Below, one piece after another: positions 10,001 through 18,539 of a stretch of 35,416 nt of DNA (its first letter is position 1; the number at the start of each line of letters is the position of its first letter). The notes below the pieces were generated by a model. The model was not told where the DNA came from. It saw only the letters and a list, made by a program, of their open reading frames with translations, and did not search any database. The position numbers and the translations under genes were made by a program. Origin of the DNA: an uncultured Lachnospiraceae bacterium (GTDB lineage: Bacteria; Bacillota; Clostridia; Lachnospirales; Lachnospiraceae); contig CAREEU010000007.1 in the NCBI GenBank assembly GCA_948964755.1, positions 1-35,416 on the forward strand, given 5' to 3'.

Positions 10001-10303
10001 ATGGATGTGCAGAAACGCATTAAGGAGTTGATGGAGGAAAGGGGCTGGACAGATTACCGCTTGGCAAAAGAGGCAAACCTCTCCCACTCCACGGTTACAA
10101 ATATGTTCAACAGAAATAATGCGCCAACGCTTCCTACTCTGGAATCGGTCTGCAGGGCATTTGGCATAACCTTGGTGCAGTTTTTTGCTGAAGGGGATGA
10201 ACCGATGCAAATGACCGATGAGCAGCGCATCCTGTTTTCCAGATGGAATCCGCTGACCGATGAACAGAAAAGACTTCTGCTCGACCTTATGAAAACAATG
10301 TAA
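10001..10303 (+). CDS. XRE-family helix-turn-helix transcriptional regulator
   Basis: ATG at 10001 is preceded by AGGTGA. The HTH is WTDYRLAKEANLSHSTVTNMFNR. It is transcribed divergently from the Spo0A_C-like gene. Confidence 0.75.
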   Translation: MDVQKRIKELMEERGWTDYRLAKEANLSHSTVTNMFNRNNAPTLPTLESVCRAFGITLVQFFAEGDEPMQMTDEQRILFSRWNPLTDEQKRLLLDLMKTM

Positions 10304-10350
10304 AATCCCGTTGATTCTATTTTTCAGAACCAACAGGATTTCTTTTTTAT
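10303..10350 (+). terminator. Rho-independent terminator after XRE gene
   Basis: An imperfect ~15-bp stem (AAATCCCGTTGATTC...GAACCAACAGGATTT) is followed by CTTTTTTAT. Confidence 0.5.
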
Positions 10351-10687
10351 GCCAATTTATACTTTTTGATTTTGCCTCTCAATAGAGGGTACAAAGCGAA
10401 ATCGGAAGGGTGCAACTATTCTTTGCCAACTTTGATATTTCACACATCCTCTAAAATCGAATAAAGGCATCTGTACACTTGACTGTACCGAAAGCCTTTA
10501 TTTCTGCCCTTTTTCTGATTTTCTGTGCAAGACGATTGTATCAAATAACGCAAATTCATATCTGTATGCAGGAGTTTTATGCTTTTTTGTTACGGCGGTA
10601 TTTGAATGTTTTATTAAGCTGGAATACATACCAATAGATAACAGTAAAGGTCTTTTATCCATTATCAAAAGTGATTTTCTAACAAGT

Positions 10688-11290
10688 ATGCGATTTATAG
10701 GCAAAGAACAGTCCTGTATTTTAAAAATGTTGCTTTTAAGCACATCGGTTAGTTTTTTTGTAATGGGAACAGCTATAGTAAGTCTGCCTTATATTGTGCG
10801 GAATGTACTGAGCTTAAATGCTGAATATTATGGTTTTGTAGAAAGTGCGTTGGGATTAGCTGCAATCATTGGGAGCATTGCAGCCGGACTATTAACAGAG
10901 AAAATGAAACCCGGAAAACTATCAATCGTAGTTGTTGTTCTTGGAGTATTTCTTTTTCCGGCGGGCATTATTTTTCTTCTTCCAACAACAGCAATTACAC
11001 GATACATTGTCAATATTATTTCGTTTTGTGGTATGCAGATTGCCGCTTGCATTTTTTCTATTTTTGCTCTCTCTATGATACAGCAAAGAACCCCTAACCA
11101 TTTAACGGGAAAAGTGATGGCATATATCGCTACTATTTCTATGTGTGCCCAACCGTTAGGGCAAATGGTTTACGGAATATTGTTTGATAAATTTAGCAAT
11201 GCCGTTTTTCTTGTATTACTCCCAACGGGAATATTTGTCTGCATGATAGGTTTACTTGCCGTAAACTTTTTTAAAAGTTTAGAAAATTAG
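10688..11290 (+). pseudogene. Truncated MFS transporter remnant (C-terminal six-helix half only)
   Basis: The 200-aa ORF has 6 TM helices and an MFS-like loop (LTEKMKPGKL) but no N-terminal half upstream. It sits in an AT-rich region that is atypical for the window. Confidence 0.45.
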
Positions 11291-11350
11291 AGGGATATTG
11301 GTATAGAATGATTTGAATGGGTACATTGCCCTGTTTACGGAAATAAAACA

Positions 11351-11398
11351 AGATTGCGAATACGGAAAGATACGAAAGTCAAATCGGATATTCGCAAT
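11351..11398. repeat. Hairpin (11-bp stem GATTGCGAATA/TATTCGCAATC, 26-nt loop) overlapping the 44-bp repeat core
   Basis: The stem pairs 11351-11361 with 11388-11398. It was read directly from the sequence. Confidence 0.6.
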
Positions 11399-11420
11399 CC
11401 GCTTCGCTACTTGCTCATAA
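11377..11420. repeat. 44-bp repeat core, copy A (inverted partner at 15512..15555)
   Basis: GTCAAATCGGATATTCGCAATCCGCTTCGCTACTTGCTCATAAC is the reverse complement of 15512..15555 at 41 of 44 positions. A related ~29-bp tail motif follows in direct orientation (11421-11449 vs 15556-15583). Confidence 0.8.
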
Positions 11421-11575
11421 CCTCATCAAGGAAGTCCCCGCTTCTAAGCCGCCAGACCATTGTGCCGAGGTTCGGCGGTTTCAACTATTTTATGCCCCAC
11501 TGCCTCTGCCCCTGCCAGCAAAAAGCACAGGAGGAACAGGCAAGATACAAAATATTACAAGCAGCAGAAAACAGC

Positions 11576-11815
11576 CAGAGTTGGGAAGCAATATCTTTCT
11601 GTTGTGACTTCGGAGGAAAGTTAGAAAATCTTAGGCTTCTGTCGATCTCTAGGATTTTTTGCCATTCTCGAATGGCAAAAAAAGGGGTGTGTTTAGCCCG
11701 TTGTACGGGCGAATTGCACCCCGGTCCGTCCGGTTGGATACAGGTAAATGCAGAAGCCTTAGATTTTCTTACTTTCCGTAGAGCGGAACAACAGAAAGAT
11801 ATTGCTTCCCAACTC
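11576..11815. repeat. 240-bp nested-palindrome element with a 28-bp perfect outer stem and multiple internal hairpins
   Basis: 11576-11603 is exactly complementary to 11788-11815. The inner stem 11614-11640 pairs with 11750-11776 (27 bp, 2 mismatches). A perfect 13-bp hairpin lies at 11654-11666/11669-11681. GGGGTG...CACCCC encloses GCCCG...CGGGC. The track's 154-aa ORF here is judged non-coding. Confidence 0.75.
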
Positions 11816-11902
11816 TAGCGTCCGTCTTGACACACCCCACTCTTTATTCCAGCCATAAAACATAAAACTTCCTCTCCGCTCCCCTCCCTTTCAACATGTC
11901 CC

Positions 11903-12841
11903 CTATTTCACCAGCAAATACCCAAAATAAACCAAATATCCAACTAACATCACTACTCCTCCAAACCGCTCCAGCCGCATTTTTCGAAATACACACACCC
12001 AAAGCAAAATCCCAGCCAATATAGCAACAACGCCATCCACCAAAAATTCCAAAGCAAACGGCACTGGTACAATCAAAGCCGTAGTCCCGACTACAAATAA
12101 AATATTAAAAATATTGCTCCCCACAATATTTCCAACTGCAATATCTGCCTTTCCCTTCCGTGCCGCAATCACCGAAGTAACCAATTCTGGAAGTGAAGTT
12201 CCAAAAGCCACAATCGTAAGCCCAATTAACCGCTCACTCATTCCAAAAATAGCTGCAAGCCGATTAGCCGCATCCACTGTCACATCACTCCCCACAATAA
12301 TCAGCACCATTCCAATCAAACCGGTAAGAAGCAGCTTCCCCATCCGCTCCTGTTTTTCTTCTTCTGACTCCTGCTCTGCCATTCCCTGCTTTGCAGCCTG
12401 AAACAAATATCCAAGATAGACAAGAAAAAATCCCCAAAGCAAAACCCCTTCCACACGGGTAATCATACCTCCGCTCATTCCGCAGACCAAAAGTACAGCC
12501 GAAACTCCAATCATAAAAGGCAGTTCAATCCGAATCGTAGATTTCTGCACCGCAATTGCTGTAATAACAGAAGTAATTCCAAGAATCACTAATACATTCA
12601 TAATATTGCTTCCTACCACATTTCCAATTGTAATTCCGGCATTTCCCTTCATAGCTGCGGTAATACTAACTGCCGCCTCCGGTGCACTTGTTCCCATCGC
12701 TACAATCGTAAGCCCAATTACTAACTGCGGAATTCCGAATTTCTCCGCAATTCCAGATACCCCGTCTACAAACCAGTCAGCCCCTTTAATTAACATTACA
12801 AATCCCAATACCAACAATCCCATCTGCAATAATACTTCCAT
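11903..12841 (-). CDS. CaCA family sodium/calcium exchanger (YrbG-like)
   Basis: Two alpha-repeat halves each carry GTSAPE/GTSLPE motifs. A strong AGGAGGAAG RBS is upstream. Confidence 0.85.
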   Translation of the reverse strand: MEVLLQMGLLVLGFVMLIKGADWFVDGVSGIAEKFGIPQLVIGLTIVAMGTSAPEAAVSITAAMKGNAGITIGNVVGSNIMNVLVILGITSVITAIAVQKSTIRIELPFMIGVSAVLLVCGMSGGMITRVEGVLLWGFFLVYLGYLFQAAKQGMAEQESEEEKQERMGKLLLTGLIGMVLIIVGSDVTVDAANRLAAIFGMSERLIGLTIVAFGTSLPELVTSVIAARKGKADIAVGNIVGSNIFNILFVVGTTALIVPVPFALEFLVDGVVAILAGILLWVCVFRKMRLERFGGVVMLVGYLVYFGYLLVK

Positions 12842-12931
12842 TTTTTCTTCCTCCTTTTTTCCTTTGAATTTTTACCAGATTTACTATTCCTATTTTGTGT
12901 TATGAAAGCAGCGATTATTCTGCAACCACAA

Positions 12932-12979
12932 AAAGGGACAAAACTTTTGCATATAATATGCCAAAAGTCTTGTCCCTTT
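12932..12979 (-). terminator. Long imperfect hairpin downstream of the MATE gene (possible terminator)
   Basis: AAAGGGACAAAACTTTTGCATAT-A-ATATGCCAAAAGTCTTGTCCCTTT forms a ~23-bp stem with one indel and one mismatch. Only a weak T-run follows on the minus strand. Confidence 0.3.
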
Positions 12980-13121
12980 CTATCTCTCAGAAAGTTGTAC
13001 AGCCACGATAACAAATCGGGGGATGTTGACTGTACAATGATAACTACTCCCTTTCAACTATCTTAAGTATACCTAATTTTTACAATATGTCAATCTTAAA
13101 ACTAAAAATTTTTTAATTTTA

Positions 13122-14447
13122 TTATAAAAAAGAATATTCTCGAATTACTTTCCAAGCAAATCCTCCAGAAAGCACCATAGCAATTGTCCACCCAATCGGC
13201 CAAGACAGCCATACTGCCGTTACTCCGCCAAGATAAGCAAACAGATAAGCGAGAATCACCCGAAGAATCAAATCTGTAAAAGTAGACAACATAAACATCC
13301 GCATCTGTCCGGTTCCCCGAAGTACTCCGTCAGCCGCTAATTTAATAGAAATTACCAGATAAAAAGGAGAGACAATCCGCAAAAACTCCACACCTGTTTT
13401 CATCGCCTGTGCACTTTCATCCTTTAAAAAAAGCCCCATCATCTGCCCTCCAAATCCAAAAAAACAAACCAGAAAAGGCAGTGCCGCCAACACACCGATC
13501 CCCATTCCCGCACGCAGTCCTTCTTTTATTCGTTTTAATTTTCCCGCCCCAAGATTTTGTGCCGTAAAACTAGAAATTCCATTTCCCAATGTAGTAAAAC
13601 TGGTAATCGCAAATGTATTTAATTTAATAGCAGCAGAATAGCCAGCTATTACAGAAGATCCAAATCCATTAATCAAACTTTGAATAAAAATATTTCCAAT
13701 CGAAACAAAACTCTGCTGTAAAATACTTGGAACCGCAATGGCACCAATTTTTTTTAACATATTCCATGAAAACAGTACCGTTCCTTCTCCGTGAATGTTT
13801 CTTATTTTTTTATTCAATGTCCATAGGGCAAATACACAGGCAATTCCCTGTGCTAAAAAAGTTGCCCAAGCTACTCCGGGTACGCCCCATTGAAAAACAG
13901 CAACAAATAGATAATCTAGTACAATATTTCCAAGGGAAGAGCCGATTAAAAAGTAAAGCGGTGTTTTAGAATCTCCAAGAGAAGTAAAAATACCAGTTCC
14001 TACATTATAAAGATATAAAAATAAAAATCCAGCAATGTAAATTCTAAGATAGACGGCACCCTCTTCAAAAATATTGCTTGGTGTGCGGATCATCTCCATT
14101 AAACTGCGTGTCCCCATCAAACCTGCTCCCATTAACAATATAGATAAACCTGCTGAAGCAACTAAAGTGGTAAAGATGGCGGTTTTCATCATTCCATACT
14201 GCTTTGCTCCATATAGCTGAGAAATGACAACGGCACATCCAATATTGCTTCCAATAGCAATCGCCATAAAGATCATCGTAATGGGATAGGAAGCTCCTAC
14301 TGCTGCCAGTGCATCCTCTCCTGCAAATTTTCCAGCAATTACGCTGTCCGCAATATTATAAAGCTGCTGAAAAATTACACTGATAAACATTGGTATTGAA
14401 AAATTCCACAATACATAAAGCGGTTTTCCCTCTGTTAAATCTTTCAT
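13122..14447 (-). CDS. MATE family efflux transporter
   Basis: 12-TM MATE. The track ORF begins at a TTG codon (14513). ATG 14447 (MKDLTEGKPLYVLW) has an AAGAAGGA RBS and is preferred. Confidence 0.8.
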   Translation of the reverse strand: MKDLTEGKPLYVLWNFSIPMFISVIFQQLYNIADSVIAGKFAGEDALAAVGASYPITMIFMAIAIGSNIGCAVVISQLYGAKQYGMMKTAIFTTLVASAGLSILLMGAGLMGTRSLMEMIRTPSNIFEEGAVYLRIYIAGFLFLYLYNVGTGIFTSLGDSKTPLYFLIGSSLGNIVLDYLFVAVFQWGVPGVAWATFLAQGIACVFALWTLNKKIRNIHGEGTVLFSWNMLKKIGAIAVPSILQQSFVSIGNIFIQSLINGFGSSVIAGYSAAIKLNTFAITSFTTLGNGISSFTAQNLGAGKLKRIKEGLRAGMGIGVLAALPFLVCFFGFGGQMMGLFLKDESAQAMKTGVEFLRIVSPFYLVISIKLAADGVLRGTGQMRMFMLSTFTDLILRVILAYLFAYLGGVTAVWLSWPIGWTIAMVLSGGFAWKVIREYSFL

Positions 14448-14520
14448 CTCGTTTGTCCTTCTTTCGTCTGTATCATTCTTCACCACTTTATACCTATTTT
14501 TTTTAAATAGCAAGCTTTTT

Positions 14521-15405
14521 TTATTCCACTATTGCATCTAGTCCATTTTCCCCTTCTTTTGCAGTAGAAATAAAAACTTCTACTCGATTAGGCAGACAAA
14601 CGATTCTTTCTTGTGTTCTAGAGATTGCCCGTTCTTTTACACAGAGTAAATCGGGACAAGAGGATTCACTGATAAAGGCTGTTTTATTCTGTATTGTTAA
14701 TATCGTATAGTTTCCATTTCCCCAATCGAGCCGATAAACCCCGTCCTGAGAAAGCGGATATTCTTGATAAAAAGATGCATCTTTATAAACTATAACACCC
14801 TCTCCCTCTCTCTTTGCAAGTTCGACTCCGCCAAGTACCAGTCCTCCTATTAAGACAAAGCCAAGCCCTATTGTTCCGTCTAATATCCCTATCTTTTGCT
14901 GATTGTGCTGCCCTTTTAAACTTTGCAAAACCTTAGAAGCAATTACTCCAATGACTCCTCCTGTCAGAACACCTGCGGGCAGCAAAATTCCCAAATAAGT
15001 AAAAATACTGCTGCTTTTTAGTACAATGGCTGCTATTCCTATCTGTCCGATATTGTGCAGTGCTCCTCCTGCCATACTAATGCCATATAGGCTGCAGCAT
15101 TTTTTTTGCTTTAAAAAAACCATTCCTAAAAAACTAAGGATTCCTCCAGATAACCCATAAATCATAGGAAATATCCCGCTAAATGCAAAACCGCTCAGTA
15201 AGATCCGAAGAATAGAAATAAAAAAAGCGGCTTTTTCTCCTATTGTATAGAGAGCAATTACTGTAACCAGATTTGCCAATCCAAGTTTTATTCCGGGTAT
15301 AGGGATAAGCACAGGAAACAGAGACTCTAAATAGCTAAAAATAAAAGCTAAAGCCACTAATATTCCTCCAGTCGCCAATTTCTCACCATATTGTTTGTTT
15401 TGCAT
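14521..15405 (-). CDS. Gx transporter family protein (Hpre_diP_synt_I-like) fused to a C-terminal NusG domain II-like domain
   Basis: The N-terminal ~180 aa form a multi-TM region with the GIKLGLANL motif. The C-terminal ~110 aa form a soluble domain with the Cys pattern CPDLLC...IVCLPN, typical of NusG_II/DUF1312. AAGGAG RBS is upstream. Confidence 0.6.
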   Translation of the reverse strand: MQNKQYGEKLATGGILVALAFIFSYLESLFPVLIPIPGIKLGLANLVTVIALYTIGEKAAFFISILRILLSGFAFSGIFPMIYGLSGGILSFLGMVFLKQKKCCSLYGISMAGGALHNIGQIGIAAIVLKSSSIFTYLGILLPAGVLTGGVIGVIASKVLQSLKGQHNQQKIGILDGTIGLGFVLIGGLVLGGVELAKREGEGVIVYKDASFYQEYPLSQDGVYRLDWGNGNYTILTIQNKTAFISESSCPDLLCVKERAISRTQERIVCLPNRVEVFISTAKEGENGLDAIVE

Positions 15406-15511
15406 ATTCTTTTCTCCTTATTACTAATAATCTGATTCAAAGTAGGTTTTTAAATAAAATAGGATGCCGATTCTAAGTATAAAAAAATTTAGAACCGATA
15501 TCCCATTCGAT

Positions 15512-15555
15512 TTCAGTATAGGTTATGAGCAAGTAACAAAACGGATTGCGAATAT
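15512..15555. repeat. 44-bp repeat core, copy B (inverted relative to 11377..11420)
   Basis: See copy A. The three differences are all G/A transitions. Confidence 0.8.
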
Positions 15556-15564
15556 CCGATTTGA

Positions 15565-15604
15565 CCCTATCAAAGAAGTCCCCCTTCTAAGCCAGAAAGC
15601 AGCG
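15565..15604 (-). terminator. Putative terminator hairpin downstream of rnfB
   Basis: GAAGTCCCCC...GGGGGACTTC forms a 10-bp GC-rich stem with a 20-nt loop. TTTGATAGGG follows on the minus strand. It lies 74 nt after the rnfB stop. Confidence 0.4.
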
Positions 15605-15677
15605 GGGGGACTTCCTTTGACTAAAAAACGGCTTTTTATCAAATTCCTTGTCTTTTCTAATGTAAGACATCCTCTTT

Positions 15678-16460
15678 TTAAGATATAATCTTAACTGGAC
15701 ATTTTTCTGCACATTTTCCGCAATTCGTACATTTCTCATAATCAATATGAGCGATATTCTGTGTTACAGTAATGGCACCGCTTTCACATTGTTTTGTACA
15801 AAGCATACAGCCGATACAGCCTACGGAGCAAGCCTCTTTTACCGCTTTTCCTTTTTCTTTTGAAGAGCACTGTACCAGATGTTTTGCTGAATAAGGTACC
15901 AGTTCAATTAACTGTTTCGGACAGGCTGCTACGCACTTTCCGCAAGCTACGCATTTTTCTTTATCGACTACGGCTACCCCATCTACTACATGAATCGCAT
16001 CAAACTGACATGCCGTTACACAAGATCCATATCCTAAGCATCCAAATGCACATGCTTTCTCTCCGCGTCCAGGAGCCATTACCGCTTCCTTACAGTCTGG
16101 AATCCCATAGTAATGATACTTTCTTTCCGTTTTATCGCAAGTTCCGACACACTTTACAAAAGCCACTTGTTTTTCACTGTCTCCGGCACTAATCCCCATA
16201 ACACCACTGATCTGTTCTGCTACAGAGGCTCCTCCTACCGGACATCCGTTTACCGGAGCTTCGCCTTTTACAATCGCAGCTGCCAGTCCATCACATCCGG
16301 CGTAACCACAGCCACCACAGTTATTTCCAGGGAGAAATCCACGCACAGCAATTTCTCTTTCATCTACTTCTACTTCGAACTTTTTATTGGCAATTCCCAA
16401 TACCAGTCCGATAATCAATCCCGTTATACCGACCACCGCAGTAGCAATTATAATATTCAT
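15678..16460 (-). CDS. rnfB: Rnf complex subunit B (polyferredoxin)
   Basis: A TM anchor is followed by multiple CxxCxxCxxxCP ferredoxin motifs. ATG 16460 is preferred because GGAGG is 9 nt upstream. The ATG at 16469 abuts the SD directly. Confidence 0.85.
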   Translation of the reverse strand: MNIIIATAVVGITGLIIGLVLGIANKKFEVEVDEREIAVRGFLPGNNCGGCGYAGCDGLAAAIVKGEAPVNGCPVGGASVAEQISGVMGISAGDSEKQVAFVKCVGTCDKTERKYHYYGIPDCKEAVMAPGRGEKACAFGCLGYGSCVTACQFDAIHVVDGVAVVDKEKCVACGKCVAACPKQLIELVPYSAKHLVQCSSKEKGKAVKEACSVGCIGCMLCTKQCESGAITVTQNIAHIDYEKCTNCGKCAEKCPVKIIS

Positions 16461-16478
16461 ACCTGCCATCCTCCTCTC

Positions 16479-17054
16479 TTATAATACACCCGAAAATCCA
16501 ACAAAAGCCATTGCCATCAGTCCGGCTGTAATTAAAAGAATCGGTGAACCCTGAAATGCTTTCGGCACATCGTTGTGCTCGTTTCTCTCTCGTATACCGG
16601 CAAGAATTACAATTGCTATTGTAAAACCTGCTGCCGTACCAAAACCATTGATAATACTTTTGAAAATGCCATATTCTTTCTGTACATTAATAATTGCAAT
16701 TCCCAATACCGCACAGTTTGTTGTAATCAAAGGCAGATAAACGCCAAGTGCCTGATAAAGCCCAGGCATTACCTTCTTTAATACAATTTCTACAAACTGC
16801 ACCAACGCTGCAATCACCAAAATAAATACAATCGTCTGCAGATACTCTAATTGAAACCGCTGTAACACCTGTGTATAAATCACACTGGTAACAGCCGAAG
16901 CAATTGTAATAACAAAGATAACTGCTGCACCCATTCCTATAGAAGTATCTACCTTTTTCGAAACACCCAAAAAAGGACAAAGCCCTAAGAACTGACTGAG
17001 AACAACGTTATTTACCAGTGCCGCACTAATTAAAATAATCAGTAATTCTTTCAT
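16479..17054 (-). CDS. rnfA: Rnf complex subunit A
   Basis: The 191-aa polytopic membrane protein is at the canonical position in rnfCDGEAB. Confidence 0.9.
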   Translation of the reverse strand: MKELLIILISAALVNNVVLSQFLGLCPFLGVSKKVDTSIGMGAAVIFVITIASAVTSVIYTQVLQRFQLEYLQTIVFILVIAALVQFVEIVLKKVMPGLYQALGVYLPLITTNCAVLGIAIINVQKEYGIFKSIINGFGTAAGFTIAIVILAGIRERNEHNDVPKAFQGSPILLITAGLMAMAFVGFSGVL

Positions 17055-17074
17055 CCTGCTTTCCGCCTTTCTTT

Positions 17075-17782
17075 TTATTTTCTATTTTCCTTCTGGTTCT
17101 CAATCTTTTCATGATTTGCCCGGCAGGTATTTCCAGAACACGCTGCACAATTTCCGCCGCAGGAAATTTCAGTTCCCTTTTGATTGGTAGCGGATTTTAA
17201 TTTTAGTTTATTTTGAAGTGCAGTTAATGCTGCAAGTACAAAAAATGCCCCAGGTGCCATAATAAAAATACTGACTGGTTCATACGAAGCCGGTGTAAGA
17301 GCTGCACCAAAGATCGTACCAGAACCGATCCATTCCCGAAATGCACCGATAAAAGTAAGCCCAACCGTAAATCCCAGTCCCATGCCGATTCCGTCACAGG
17401 CAGAAAGAAGCACTGGATTTTTATAGGCATACGCTTCTGCACGTCCCAAGATAATACAATTTACTACAATTAAAGAAATATAAATTCCAAGTGCCTGATA
17501 AAGTGAATAGATATAGGCTTCCATAATCAATTCCAGCATTGTAACAAACGAAGCTACAATTACAATAAATGCCGGAATTCTTACCTTATCTGGAATCACC
17601 TTCCGAAGCATAGAAATAATCATATTGGATAAAATCAGCACAACTGTAGTAGAAAGCCCCATTCCAAGCCCATTCATTGCCGAGGTGGTTACTGCCAAGG
17701 TCGGACACATACCAAGCATTAGAACAAAAGTAGGATTTTCTTTTATAATCCCGTTATAAATACGTTCGATATATTGATTCAT
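17075..17782 (-). CDS. rnfE: Rnf complex subunit E
   Basis: The 235-aa membrane protein is paralogous to RnfA. The C-terminal Cys cluster is CGGNCAACSGNTC. Confidence 0.9.
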   Translation of the reverse strand: MNQYIERIYNGIIKENPTFVLMLGMCPTLAVTTSAMNGLGMGLSTTVVLILSNMIISMLRKVIPDKVRIPAFIVIVASFVTMLELIMEAYIYSLYQALGIYISLIVVNCIILGRAEAYAYKNPVLLSACDGIGMGLGFTVGLTFIGAFREWIGSGTIFGAALTPASYEPVSIFIMAPGAFFVLAALTALQNKLKLKSATNQKGTEISCGGNCAACSGNTCRANHEKIENQKENRK

Positions 17783-17912
17783 TTTGTTCCTCTTTCCCTA
17801 ATATTTTTATGTTATTCTTCTAATTTCTTCTAATTTATAAAATCTTAACTTTACACGATATTTTGATATTTTGATATTTCAATGCTTTGATGCTTTAATA
17901 CTTTGATGTTTT

Positions 17913-18539
17913 TTATTCCGCATAATCAGAAGCAAAGGCAAGAGCGGCATTAACAGCATTGGTCACTGCTTTTGAAGTAATCGTAGAACTTGTCATTGCA
18001 TCAATTTCATTCTCTGCTGTTGCCCCAGTTGTTGTCACTAAAAACCGATCTACGGTTTTATCCATATATTGAGATAAAAAAGCAGGTTCCTTTGCCCTTG
18101 CACCAAGTCCGACTGTCTCATTCATATCTAAAATGGAAACCCCTTCAATATGTCCGTCTAAGCGGATTCCCATTGCTACTTGAATATCGCCTCCGTATCC
18201 TTCTCTTGAAGTAGCAGAAACAATATAGCCGACAACAGCACCGGATTCATCCTTTGCATACAGTGCCTCATTGACAACCACCTTACCAAACTCGCTTCCG
18301 TTTGTATTCCAATCATTGGAACAAGCCAATACTTTTTCTGCCAATTCTGCTGATTCTTCAAACTCTGCTGCCGTCTGATAAACAGAGCGGTATGTATTTT
18401 GCTTTTCTATCACTTTCCGCTGTGCAATCGGATCTTTTGTCATATCATAAATAACTCCCAGCAAAAGTCCTGCAATCAATGTAATGGTACAGAGAATCAG
18501 AGCATCTTTTATCATTGTATCTTTTTTCTTATTTTCCAT
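17913..18539 (-). CDS. rnfG: Rnf complex subunit G (FMN-binding)
   Basis: A single N-terminal TM helix is followed by an FMN-binding domain with the flavinylation motif (SSTITS). Start is at ATG 18539 with an AAAGGAGAAG RBS. It overlaps the rnfD end by 11 bp. Confidence 0.85.
   Translation of the reverse strand: MENKKKDTMIKDALILCTITLIAGLLLGVIYDMTKDPIAQRKVIEKQNTYRSVYQTAAEFEESAELAEKVLACSNDWNTNGSEFGKVVVNEALYAKDESGAVVGYIVSATSREGYGGDIQVAMGIRLDGHIEGVSILDMNETVGLGARAKEPAFLSQYMDKTVDRFLVTTTGATAENEIDAMTSSTITSKAVTNAVNAALAFASDYAE

Noticed and set aside
10498-10743. 81-aa minus-strand ORF
   Set aside because: - There is no RBS.
- It overlaps the start of the MFS remnant in an AT-rich region.
- No recognisable family.
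11354-11818. 154-aa plus-strand ORF
   Set aside because: - It lies entirely within nested perfect palindromes and the 44-bp repeat.
- It has no RBS and its composition is driven by the repeats.
- It is treated as non-coding.
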